Part shown: one piece after another, positions 1-12,189 of the stretch
How the letters are laid out: the number at the start of each line of letters is the position of its first letter
Position numbering within the stretch: the first letter of the stretch is position 1
Origin: the human T2T-CHM13v2.0 reference genome, Homo sapiens
Reading direction: 5' to 3' (one strand)
DNA length: 64,000 nt
Assembly: GCF_009914755.1 (NCBI RefSeq)
Contig: NC_060928.1
The notes under the pieces: model-generated
The model's input: the letters and a program-made list of their open reading frames with translations, nothing else
What the model was told of the DNA's origin: nothing
The model's database searches: none
Translations under genes and position numbers: made by a program

Positions 1-283
1 AAGCCACATATAATGCCATTTGTATGAAATGTCCAGAATAGACAAATATATAGATACAGAAGTAGATTCGTGGTTGCTTAAGCCTGGGGATATGGGGAGC
101 TTGGGGTGTGACAGGGAAAGGTTGTGCGACTCCTTTTTGAGGTGATAACATGTTCTAAAATTGTGTGGTGATAGTTGCACAACTCTAAAAATGTCATTAA
201 GTGGTACTGTCTAAATAGGTGAATTTTATGATATGTGAATTACGACTCAATACAACTGTAACCAAAAAAGAAAAAGAAAAAAG
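1..283 (+). mobile_element. L1 3' end (L1MB7/8-like), ancient
   Basis: ATGAAATGTCCAGAATAGACAAAT...GTAGATTCGTGGTTGC...GGTGAATTTTATGATATGTGAATTA followed by an A-rich tail; resembles the L1MB 3'UTR. Confidence 0.8.
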
Positions 284-1898
284 AACTCACAGCTCACTCT
301 GCTTCTGCACAGCACAAGACCTCCTTGCTACTCTAGTTCAGCAAGTATCCACCCAGGGACGTGACAAATCCTGCAGTAGCAAATCCACTGGCTGAGTGAT
401 TTCGCTCATGCTCCCCTTACATGGGGAAGGGGGTCAAATAAGCAGCTTTACACAATCAATCAATAGCTCTCTTCCTCACATCAGATCCATTTCTTGCATA
501 GAAACTAAAAGTAGCTAATGGTACCTATCCTGGAGGTAGGGTATAGATTATGTAACTTTTTGCTCTTTTTAAGAAAATCTTGCAGATAGGTTTAGCAATC
601 TTTTGTAAGACTATGATGTGCTTAAACATGTGTTATCCTCAGATGCAATTCTAAGACAGGAAAAGTCTCATTTAATACCCTATACATTAATATATAATAA
701 TATATTGCAGGTCTTATTTTCTTAGTCTAATATTTTACACTAAAAGCAGACATGCTTCAGGAATAGCCACATTATTGAACACTGCTAAACTATAATTTTG
801 TGCAGAAATTAATATTATAGAATACTATCTGATTATATTTATCAGAAAAAGGACGTTTGCAGCTTAATTTGAATTTTCTATAATTTTCCTTTTTATTCTG
901 TAAATTATGTAATGTATCAACCCCATGAGCTTAACAAGAATTCTTTACTTAGTATCACTAAGAGTCACAGCTGACAAGAGAAATTCTCTTAATAATTTGA
1001 CATCAGATTTGATTTATTTTTTTAAAAAGCATTTTCTGATTCCTTTATTTTATGAAGTTATATTAATTATTAGATGCTTTTTAAATATTTTCCACGTGTA
1101 TCCAAAGAACAGGTAATTAGGTTGTCCATTATTTTGATGATACAATTTTATCATCACAAATCCAGATGGGTCACAAAATAAAATTGATCCTAGTATTTAA
1201 ATATTGTCAGCAAAAAATACTTGAATAATAATTCAATAACTCCAAGCCCCTTTTTTGTAAACATTCTCCAAAATTACATTGGTCGATATCAAGTCTTTTA
1301 TTTGATAACTGCTGTAGGTAATAGAAAATGAAGAAAATACTGGTGAGCTAAATAAATATTTCTGTTTTCATTGATCTTTTAATCCAGAAAAGAAGAATGA
1401 GAAATAAAAATAGTATCACCAGAGCACTGATAAAATGATATTATAAGTGCATTGATGCTGAATTACGTAATAGAAAAATTTGTTAGGTTTGTAGGAGGGG
1501 GTGTAGAGGGAAATAGTAGAAAAAAAGATTACCGAAGGGTACTTAATCTACTTTTATTGTTAATTTATTATGGCAGTTCCATTTGATTTCTTTGTTATTC
1601 AAAACCACTGTTTTATAATTTTCTGGCCCAAAGTAATTTTGGCTATCTTATGTGTTGGACAGTTTAAAAGAGTCTGTAGCACCTATTTTCTTTTCAAAAA
1701 TGCATTGTTATGTACTGGCACTATTTCCTGAGGAAATTTCTCATTATGTCTTTAGCCGTCTACATGCCTACCTTGGTATTGGGGACTATTGTTTCCACCA
1801 GGAAATGCTGAAAGGTGGGAAGCTATAAAGATCATAATTGAACCTACCAATTTCTGTTTCCTATGTGAGCCTATGCATAATAATAATGTAGACATCCC

Positions 1899-2150
1899 AG
1901 TAGCTAAAATCTATTGAGCACTTTCTATGTGCCAAGAACAAATGCTTTAAATATTAGCGCATTTAACTGCCAAAACAAACATGAGGTAGCACTACTATTA
2001 TTTTCATTTTATAGATGAGGAAACTGAGATACCAAAATGTTAAGTAACTTGGTAAAGGTCACTCAAATTGTGATTGGAGGTCTTCACCTTGAGACGTCAG
2101 TAACTACTGCTCGAAAACCCACGCTCATAATTTTTCCACTGTATTGACTC
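1899..2150 (-). mobile_element. MIR SINE
   Basis: ATTTTATAGATGAGGAAACTGAG...GTTAAGTAACTTG is the reverse complement of the MIR core. Confidence 0.8.
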
Positions 2151-3029
2151 ACAGAAATTATGGGGCAGATTGGCTCATCTATAAATTGTGTTTAATTACT
2201 ACACAGCTTTTCATAGCTCTCCTGCTTGTGTAATCTATTGCCATTTTACAAGCGTATATTCTCTTGAATGACAAACACATGACATTAAAAATAAAGGAAG
2301 CAGAGAAATGGAGTGGAGAGAACAATTTATAGCATTTTCCAAAGCTTTTAAAACCAAGTTATTAGATGTCGTTTAACATTTTAAAATCTCCATCCTTTAA
2401 AATGCATAAGGCCTGAAATTAAAGCAAAAGATTTAGAGAGTTCCAAACACAGAGCCAGCAGCACCATCTAGGTTCATGTTATTTTCTTTGAAAGACTATT
2501 TTATGTGGTACTGAGTAAAAATGAAACATGATGAAATGGGTTTACTAAAAGTCTGTCCTAAAAATCACCACTCTTCCCTAAATCCATACTCTCGATCTAG
2601 TTTTCATTATATCAGAGAAACCACAGTTTGACTTCCCAATTTTTGCTGTGAGGTGAATTAAAAAAAAACATATTACAATACAGCTTTTCAGCATCTGTGT
2701 TGGCATACTTATTTTTACTGCTTATTTGGTCTTCAGAGTGTTCAGCTTGCTATCAATGATGCATTTTTCACAGGGTTTATTATCCAGCAAGGAAAACCAT
2801 GCAGAGTTTGGTTACTTTCCTACACTTGGTTCATTGTTTTCACTTTTCTCATGTGGGACAGGCCTTCTGTGGCTTCACACGAAATCCCTTCCCCCAGTCC
2901 CGAAATGTTTCCATTAGGTTTGTGGAGGTCATTCTGATAGATAAATTGCAAATCACATGGTTTTCATGTGAATTGGTGTTTATCTCTTTAAAAGAAGTCA
3001 GAACTGGCAGAAAATTAATGAAAAATATA

Positions 3030-3480
3030 ACATGCACAGGCTATTCTTTGCAGTATAAATGATAATAGCAAAATACAAGAAACAACCCAAATATCTATAT
3101 TATGAGAATGGCTGAATAAATTATGATGCATCCACGCAGTGGTGTACTAAGCAGTTATAAAATGGAATAAAGGATATCTTTATATACTGCTATGTGGAAT
3201 TGCAAGATGCATTGTTAATGAGAAAAAGCAGAGTTCAGAATAGTACTTATGATGTAATCAATTTATATGTATCTGTGTGTACACATATTTGAGTATGTAA
3301 ACTTGCTTATATTGTCAGAAAGAAACAATAGACAGTCAATCCAAAAGCTAATAAAAATATTCACCTATGTGGGGAGGGAGAAAACAGGGATTAAGAGGCA
3401 GGGATGGCAGCTAGAATTCTCTAAATAAGTTTATTTTTTATTTTGACTTGGAGCGATGCAATGTCTTACAAAATAAAACC
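3030..3480 (+). mobile_element. Old L1 (L1MC/L1ME-like) ORF2 end and 3'UTR fragment
   Basis: ATAATAGCAAAA...GAAACAACCCAAAT...GAATGGCTGAATAAATTATG...GAGAAAAAGCAGAGTTCAGAATAG. Confidence 0.6.
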
Positions 3481-5744
3481 AGAAAAAAAAGTAAAGGAGG
3501 CTATCTCCCACTGCCAGAAAACCTAAAACCAACTAAAAAAAATGTTGGTTGGTTGGAAACAAATCTTAATAAAAATGTGGCAATAAAGTGCTAAACAATG
3601 CAGACAGGTAGATAGATGAGTCAATTTATTTTTATTGAGAAGAATTATCAAGAGGAAATAAAAGTTAGCCTTTTCTCTATATGTCATTAGATTCTAAATC
3701 AATTACTGAGGTTTTGATATTTGCTATGAACAAGATCTAATATTACCAAATATCTTCTTGTCCTCTGGGTACAGAAACAAACTAAACACTGTATGAAAAT
3801 TACACCAAAATATTTACAGGATGCTCGAAGTGGAGGAGGGAGTAAATCCTTGTTCTCATTTGCCTTCCTTCTACTGACATCTCAAGTTCTTTGCTTGTCA
3901 GGGTTATAAAATCTGTCATGTTCTCGGATTTCACGGGTTTGTAACGAGGATGGCTGCGCAAGTTTCTCCTTTGTCTGATTGCCCATTTATTCATTCATGG
4001 CTGTCAAACACTAGTGGGTGGAGGTTCCTGTTCCCTTCCAGATGTACTGATGAATGCTTTTTGGCTTGCTGACCTTCTTGGGATTTGAAGAGTTACCCAT
4101 GAGGGTAAAACTTTCTTCCAGACTTTGCCTACCTTATAGAAATCATTATTAGTACTAACATTGTTAGGGGTCTTGTCATTTTAAATACAACAAATTGTTC
4201 AAATGAGTGGTAAAATTTAAATGGAAAATAGTGAAAATACTTACTAGAAGTAGAACAAAGGAAAATTATGATAACATAAATTATATGAATCATAGCTAAT
4301 GAACAGCTGAAGAATTGCTGGTAATTTAGAAGACTTGAACTACACCAAAGACAATTGTGTCAAAACCAAACCTGGTGTGTAAATTGATCTGCCAGTAGGT
4401 TGCAACTTGGAGAATCAATCACCTTAGTATGTAAACCTAGCTGTCTTGTACTTGTTTCATCAAAGCAGTATGTAGTATTAGAAAGTTTCTCAGAAGATTT
4501 CTGAATGAAATTGACTAGATATTTGATTGTTCATTTTGAAAATGCAGTTGCTGCCCTAATTTTCAGAATTTTACTTGATTTCCTCCCCAAGACAAACTGC
4601 AATTGTTTTTGACACATTTTCTTTTCCGTAATTAACAGAAATTTGATTCCAGTTATACTTAGAAAATGGTCACAAAAGGAAAAATACTGTACTACTACTC
4701 TGTTCCATAACCATTAAAATGTTTAAAATTTTCTCATTTTGTTAAAAAAGGAAAAGAGTGATCAGTTTTAATAAACTTCTTTGGTCTAAAAGGGAGGCCA
4801 AACAAAAACATTTGGAAACAAAAGGATGCTGACAGTATTTAGTATTTTAGAATGCTTCAAAGGCATCCCATGAAAAGATTTGAAATTTGAAACTCCTGGT
4901 ACTTCCCATAACGTTTACAAATTTTATTATTAGAATGCAGAAATAGATTAGTGGATAGGATCATATACATTTTAAATTAAACTTGATTTTTCAAACATTC
5001 AATTTTGTTTTTTGATATAGTATAAGTAATATGATCAAGAAAAAAATAAATAAATTTTATGAAATATAATGAGCACATGATTCCTGAGGAGAAACTCTCT
5101 ATATATTATTGGTGACGCCTTGATTTTTTATATGCAGTCCCAGTTTTTCATATGCAATAGTTCAAAAACTTTTTAGATCATGTTATTGTGTCTTGTATCA
5201 ATTATCTTTCTTTGAATGTGGGGATTTATAATGCTTTTTATTTCCCGTGGATCCCTAAACCATTTCTAATCCTGGGACTTATCCATAAGAACGAAATAGC
5301 AATTTGGTAAATGTTCCACCCCTCTTATCATCTAAAGGAAATGGGCCAAGATATCAGCACTATGCATTCTAAGAGCACTTAATATAGTGAGAGAAGACTC
5401 TCCAGTCCTGTTAATTTTTTATCACAGAACAGAAAGACCTAATGTGTAACTTTTTTTTAAGTCAGCTGAAAGAGATTGGGTGGTGACGATCTTGGCAAAT
5501 ATAAACAGAATACAGATCAAAAAGAACAAGTGAAAGGTCAATTGCTGTGCACCAAGCTGCACAAATACAATCAGTGTCAGGGCTGAAGCTTCACGGTCAG
5601 CAGAAGATACAGGTCTCTGTGGCCCACATTCACGGAAAGGCTAATTTGCAATTTTGGGGAGTAACAAAAAAGATACTCCTACTGGAACACTTGATACAAA
5701 GAATAGGGTGCAAACTGTGTAGCACTATGCATCTATTGTCAGTA

Positions 5745-5985
5745 TAGCCCAGAGAATAAGATTGCAGGCTCTGAGGCCAGCCTGTCTGGATGGGTTCTCT
5801 GCTTTACCTGCTCCGTGGCCAAGGCCAAGTGAATTAGCCCCTCATTTCCTTGTTTTCCTCATCAGTAAACTAGGTATAGTAATAGTGCCTACTTGACAAG
5901 ATTATTGTTATGATTTAGTGATTAAAAAGATTGATGCACTTAGTACCGGGAACATAGTAAACTTTCAGTTTATGTTATCTAATAC
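5745..5985 (+). mobile_element. MIR SINE
   Basis: GGCTCTGAGGCCAG...TTTCCTCATCAGTAAA...AATAGTGCCTAC...ACATAGTAA, collinear with MIR. Confidence 0.7.
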
Positions 5986-6197
5986 TTTTTTCCAAAAAAG
6001 GGGATAGAAACGTGGCATATTTCCAAAAACTGTTTTAAAATAATATAGGTGCAAGAGAAAACATGGTCCTTATTACATAGTTTATATATGTTTCAAGGAT
6101 GACAGACTTTATAATATTCTTCAAGAACTGTATATAAAGAAATGTTACTATATCTATTGATGAAACTGAAAAACATAACTTTCATTTTAAGAGTCTT

Positions 6198-6293
6198 ATA
6201 AAGTTATCAAAAAGGACTTAAGTTAGATCTTAGGGAGATGTTCTCATAAAGTTATCAAAAAGGACTTAAGTTAGATCTTAGGGAGATGTTCTC
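6198..6293. repeat. Perfect 48-bp tandem duplication
   Basis: ATAAAGTTATCAAAAAGGACTTAAGTTAGATCTTAGGGAGATGTTCTC at 6198-6245 and again at 6246-6293. Confidence 0.97.
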
Positions 6294-6332
6294 CTGGTAG
6301 AGTGTTAATCCAAGATAACTTTACCAAAAGGT

Positions 6333-7486
6333 GGCTTATATATTGCAGCAGGAGCTACTGGAGTTCCTACCTACATCTTGGAGCCTTCCTACCATGGTCT
6401 CATGAGAATTTCTGCGCAAAGGCTTTTTCTGGCGTGTCTAGGTCTGGATAGCTGATGCCCCTGGAGCAGTCCCTAGGTGATGATGGATAGGAGATTGGAA
6501 TAAATAATCCAGCTTCCTCATCTCTGGCATAAAATCATTTATGTTCATTTCTTTCTTTTAAAAATTAATTACTTTTTAAAAATGATTATATTATAATGTA
6601 CATATTTATAGGGTACAGTTTGATATTTTGACATCTATGTTATATAATGATCAAATCAAATGTATCATTTCTTTGTGGTGAGAACATTCAAAAGCCCCTT
6701 TTCTAGCAATGTTGCAGTATACCTCACTGTTAATCATCTTTACCCAACTGTGCAATAGAATGCCAGATTCTATCTAATTGAAACTTTGTACCCATTGATC
6801 AACCTCTCTTCATCCTCTCCTCCCTCATCTCTCTGGTAACCACTGTTCTACTCTCAGTTTCTATGATACCAATTTTTTTTTCACAGTCCATATACAAGTG
6901 AGATAAAGTGGTATGATAGTGCCTGATTTATTTCAGTTCTATCTATATTATCACAGATGGCAGGATTTCATTATTATTTCATAATTTACTGTGGCTGAAT
7001 AGTGTTCCATTGTGTATATATACCACATTTTCTTTATTCATGTTTTCATTGTTGGACTCTTTGGTTGATTCCATGTCTTGGCTATTGTGAATAGCGAAGC
7101 AATAAATATGAAAGTACAAATATTTTTTCAACATACTGATTTCATTTCCTTTGGGTGTATACCCGACAGTAAGATTGCTGGATTATATTGAGGATCTGCT
7201 TTTAATTTTTTGAGGAACCTCCATATAGTTCTCCATAGTGACTTAACTAATTTACAATCTACCAAGACTGTGTAAGCATTCCCTTTTCTCCACTTTTCTA
7301 TACTGTCTCCCAGAGGTCTGAAGAAGTAACATTTTTATTATCATGCCCTATATTAACATCTTTCCGTTTTCTGTTTCATTTCTCTATGCTTTACAGTTCT
7401 TTCCTGAGATCACCTCCCAAATCCACAACTTTCCCTTTTCATCCTTTTCTCAGTTTCTGTTTCTGGTCGAACCCTAAACTAAAACA
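6333..7486 (+). mobile_element. ERVL LTR16-type solo LTR, split by an L1 insertion
   Basis: 5' part ~6333-6545; 3' part CTGTCTCCCAGAGG...GATCACCTCCCAAAT...TTCTGGTCGAACCCTAAACTAAAACA matches the LTR16 3' end. Confidence 0.65.
6555..7295 (-). mobile_element. L1MA-type 3' fragment
   Basis: GTACATATTTATAGGGTACA...GTGGTGAGAACATT...GAAACTTTGTACCCATTGA...GGCTGAATAGTGTTCCATTGTGTATATATACCACATTTTCTTTAT. Confidence 0.88.
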
Positions 7487-8684
7487 CTCTCCTCTTCTGA
7501 TAGAGCTGTAGCAAAAATTATATGTAAAAATGCTTTTAAAGTGACTTGAGGGGTGTTCTCTCAGAAGCAGGGAGATAGATAAACTACATGGCATTTAATT
7601 GTTATCTTATGCTATTTCATTCTATTTCCAAATATATGACCATGTGTTTTTACACTCATTTTAATGGGAATTTATATCTCCCATTAGATGTGACTCCACA
7701 AAGAAAGGGAAAAGATGTCTGGCTGGCACCCTGAACCTCTAAATTCTCTATCAGTTGCCCAAAGTAGTTCTGAGTGCACAAAAATATAAAGAAGAAACAA
7801 TACAAAAAATTGTGTTAATTATCTTGGGTCTTTGGCCTCGAATCCTGTGTGGAGCTCTTGGATCTTGTTAGCCAAGCTGTGCTGGCTTCTGGTAGATAGA
7901 TACCCTGTTATTTTATTCACACTCATCTTTTCCCTAAGGAAGAAAGGCAAGGGTTGGGATTGTTCAGATTCCAGAGTACTAATTGAAGCCAGTTTTGCTA
8001 GGGGTAGTGACTTATATGTGAAGAAACATTCTCCATTTTTGATCTGGGCAGGTGAGACTTTACATTTCATTCTATGGTGATTTCCAAGACCTGGTTTGAG
8101 CTCTGGGAGAAAAAGAGCAGGCATTACAGCTTCCCTGATTGAGGAATATTTAGATCTAACTACCATAGAAAAATAAAATCCTTCCACATGATGCAACCTA
8201 GCTCATTGGGGTTCTGCTTTGGCACAAAACCCAGCTAACAGAAAAATACTATATTTTGTACTCAGCCACAGTTGTGTATACAGGGCCTTTTGAGGAGGAA
8301 GTGTTGCCAGGCAAGGCAGGAATCAGGGGATTTGGGGCATCCTGGAGTCTTTCTCTTAATAGCCCTCCCATATAGGATCGACTTCTCACTTGCTGAAAAC
8401 ACGAGAGTCAAGGTAACTTCATTTGTGCAGATGAGGCAGAATAAGGTCTAGACTAAAAGTAGTCTCTATTTACTCCTTCCTTTTCATCTACATTCAAACC
8501 TTGGCCACCAACAACCCACTCAGATCACAAGAGGCAAAGGAAATAAACCTAACAAAAATTACACCAAGAGAATGAGAACGTTTTATACTCTAAAATCAAG
8601 AGGATAGCAGATACCAGCTTCAATGATCCATCTTTTGGCATTTCTGGGTGCTAAAAGGGCCAGATTCTCAAGCAGTAGTTTTTG

Positions 8685-8800
8685 TCATTCATTCCATCTG
8701 TACTTATTGAGTATCTACTGAACACTAGAAATATCACAATGAAAAGAATTATAAAGTCAAGTGCCTGCCTTAATGAGGCTTACTCTGAACTGGCTGTGTG
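8685..8800 (-). mobile_element. L2 3' end fragment
   Basis: TCATTCATTCC...TATTGAGTATCTACT...TGCCTGCCTTAATGAGGCTTAC. Confidence 0.55.
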
Positions 8801-8959
8801 ATAATAACAAAGTAAAGAATTGAGAAAGAAAAGAGATAGAAATTCCTACTCCAGGATGTTGTTTCAAATATAAAATATTATTTTTAAGCAGAACCCACAA
8901 TTATGAATGTACATTAAAGGCTTAAAGTCATTCACATGGCAAAAAGACATAAATAAATC

Positions 8960-9269
8960 TGCTAGAGGCTTCCAGGAGATATTCCTAGCTCATGACACAG
9001 TCATGGAAAGCAACCCTGTTTCTCCCACTTGACCTGCGTTTATTGTTGTCCTTCCTAGAGCCTTGAGGTGAAATCACATTAGGATGAATCCAACACAGTG
9101 TAAAGAAGAAGAAACACAAATCATCTCAGACCTTACAGACATCTTTGTTTTGTGAGATTAAATGATTCTGAAGCCTGTACTCCCCATGGGTTTTCTTGTA
9201 TTTGAGATACCATGAACCAATGTTATAGGGGTTCCTGTTTCTTTTAGACACAAATATGTTAATGGAATA
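8960..9269 (+). mobile_element. MaLR (MLT1-like) LTR, degraded
   Basis: AGGATGAATCCAACAC...CTGAAGCC...GAACCAAT...GGTTCCTGTTTCTT, then a junction resembling (AATACA)GAAATTGGTA at ~9270. Confidence 0.45.
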
Positions 9270-11000
9270 GAAATTGATATTAACAGTAGGTTCAGTTAAA
9301 GCTCCCAGGAAACTGGAAGGTATTTGAGATAGACGACTTGGTCATCTGGAGTTGAAGCAGTAGCGTCCATATAGTATTGAGGTATGGGGGTATAGCTGTC
9401 CATGGCATGCCACAGGAAACAGCTAAATCAAATATCATCCAAGGTATCAGTCAATAGCAAGGGCTGAAGGGACTGAGTAGCCACTGCCAAGGAACAGCCT
9501 AAAGTTCATGGGATAGATAGCTGCTTCTGTTCACACTGAATAGATTAGAGACCACAATGAGCTTGGACAGACTAAACATCAAGCGCTTCCTATGACTGCT
9601 AAATGAATCCTCATCTTTTCAATTGCAGAATTGAAATAGCTAAAAAGCAAATGTACTTTATGTTTCTGCGGAGTGTGGATTTCCACATCAAATGACTTTA
9701 TAACCTCAGCAGAAAACTTATGAAAAAGTTAGGGCAACAGTTGGTAATAACAGAACTCCCAGAACTGGAATGGAGTTACTTAGGATGACATAGAGGACTA
9801 AAAGTAACCCAGTTATTTAACTCCAGGGAACTTTCTATGTCAGCTAAAGTAACCCCTTTCCACTTTTTAAGGAGCTGTTCTTGCCTTGCTTACAGACTCA
9901 AAATATCACTGGCTGGAGGGAATTACATTTCAGTGGGAAACCTGTTAACCCCATCATAGTGTTTTGTATCCAAATCTATAACTAAATTAGATCTCATAAT
10001 ACTCTGGGGGTGGGGGTGGGGGAGAGAACTTACCAAGTCAAGACTAGTAGGATATGACTTACCCACCAAAAGAATTGGAGTAATTTTCTAATTCATATCA
10101 GCAAAAATCTGGGGAATATAACTGTGCTTTCTAGAGCAAAAAGGAAAAAAACACCTTAATTTTAAATTGGGCTGAATTTTTCTAGATGAGAGCCAGAATT
10201 CTGGGTTCAATGTGACTTCAACAGCTGGAAGTAATGATAATTGTTTGGTTCAGTGACTAAAATATGGTCTCAGGTGGCTCTTGCTAAGTCAAACTGAGAA
10301 GGCAAAAGCTTTTTGGCATAACACCAGTAAAGGAATCCAAAGATATTGGGAGATAAAATGTGATGGAGTAAATTTACCATATGTGGTTGACTTCTCCCCC
10401 TAACCCTCACTTTGACCCAGAGAGGGCTCTGAAGACAGAACATTCATCAATGCCATGATAACTATCCTGCTGAGAGAAGTGCCAGCATGTCAGAGATCTT
10501 TCCTGGCTGTTTATGAGCTAGAGCTGCTGGAGGAGATGTTGCAGTTGAAATGACTCCCTGATTTCAATGGATAAGGGAAGTTCCTGGGGTGACAGAAGCC
10601 AAGTGATTACACTCTATCACCAAAAGCAAGATGGATGTGATTGTTACAATTGACATGAGGCACTTTGTCATAATCAGAGAGGTCTGTTCTGATCTGCAAG
10701 ACCTTTTATGGTGGATAGACAATTTGGGATCTCTAGGATGAAAACAGATGGTGAGCCCATTAATGTCCTACTTGATTTGTATAACTAGGAAAGGACAAGT
10801 CAGGTGAATAAAGGTCTGCTTTGGACACTGCAATAGTGGTAACCCCTCATTCAATTTCCAAAGCCTTTTGAGTGAAGAAAAGTCCAGATATAAGGAAAAA
10901 AAATTGCAATAGCAGCCCAATAATGTTCTCTGGGCTCTGTGGTTATTATTATTATTTTTTAATGACTATGCAAAGGGACAGGGAAACACTCAGACCTTTA
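9270..11000 (+). mobile_element. ERVL-class internal relic (gag to start of protease), heavily mutated
   Basis: Collinear with ERVL gag: TTTTCTAATTCATATCAGCAAAAATCTGGGGAATA, GGCTGAATTT, GGAATCCAAAGA, CACCAAAAGCAAG, CTACTTGATTTGTATAA, CCCCTCATTCAATTTCCA, GGAAACACTCAGACCTTT. Confidence 0.75.
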
Positions 11001-11663
11001 TGGTCAAAAGATTAGTTTTAATGTGCCTAAGGTTTCTTCCTTCAGGCTAGGTGACTGCAAATCTCCCTAGAAACTGCTATAGCCACATGTTTATAATAAA
11101 CATTCAAGGCCAGTAGAATACTGAGAGAGTGTACTTAGGATACAAGTTCTTGATTCCAAGCCCCTGATCAAACTAGAGGAAAAACTTGGAGGCCAAGAAT
11201 TTGCTTTCTTTTACTAGTTTAAATGTAAGACTTGACCCCTAATTTTTGATCATCCCAGGGGAGGAGGTGGCAATTCTCCAATCATGCAGCTTAAAAGTCT
11301 TGAAAGCCAAAGGTTAGGATGCTTCTCTGAGTCAAATGTTGCATCCTAAAAGGTCCATCTGCATTGTTCTAGAATTAAAAGGGCCACAGATGATCATACA
11401 CTTGCTTTTGTCTCTGTGCATTTCTCCAATAAATGCCGTCTCAGAAGACCTAGTATATATGCTATTAGATCCTTTGCCCTTACTTGTTTGACAGTGGTTT
11501 ACCCAATACGTGCTTTTTACTAATCCCTGAGATACAGAACTCCAGTGATTACAGGTCTAACATGAGTGGAGTTAATGAGGTTCATGTGATAATAGAATTT
11601 TGACAAGAGTTGACAATCTAGTTCATAATTATTTTGTCAGTTACTGAATGCAAAATTAAAATA

Positions 11664-12189
11664 CAGCCAATCCTTACTATTCAAAGATCTGTATTGCAAA
11701 TTTTCTGCTCACTAAAATTTATTTGTAACTTGGAAATCAATACTGGCAGCATTTTCGTGGTCACTCATGGATTTGCAGAGCAGCAAAAAACTGAGTCACC
11801 CATCACGCACATTCCCAGCTGTGGTCTGACCAGCTGATGCTCTGCTTCCTTATTTGAGCTCATACAGAGTTGACCAGAGGGTGGAGATGGTGGGGGGCAG
11901 GGCAGAGTGGTGCGAGAAGCTATGTCTCTGGGGACAGTTAGTTGAAAGTTTGTATCCCAACTCTGTAACCTGTTGTCTTAGGCAAGTCTCTTAGTTTTAA
12001 ACCTTGTTTTTGCTTTTGTAAAATAAAGACAACAGAATCTATCAGGATGAGTTGTTTCTAGAATTTAAGATTATAATCTCTGTCAGATATGTACATGCAT
12101 ATTTTCCCTAAGAGCAATTATTCAATCTCCAATAATTTGGTGTTGGCACTTTATGAAACAGAACTACCACAAATAACGGGCATCGACTG
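11664..12189 (+). mobile_element. MER82-like TcMar-Tigger DNA transposon with atypical middle segment
   Basis: TA|CAGCCAATCC...CTCACTAAAATTTATTTGTAAC...CACATTCCCAGCTG...AACTACCACAAATAACGGGCATCGACTG|TA; terminal inverted repeats and TA target duplication. Confidence 0.8.

Noticed and set aside
6198-6293. CRISPR-like array suggested by direct repeats (also 24397 and 45328)
   Set aside because: Only two copies each, no spacer series, no cas genes, and a primate genomic context.
10006-10022. G-quadruplex (G5-T-G5-T-G5)
   Set aside because: Only three G runs, inside an ERVL relic; not a canonical four-tract motif.
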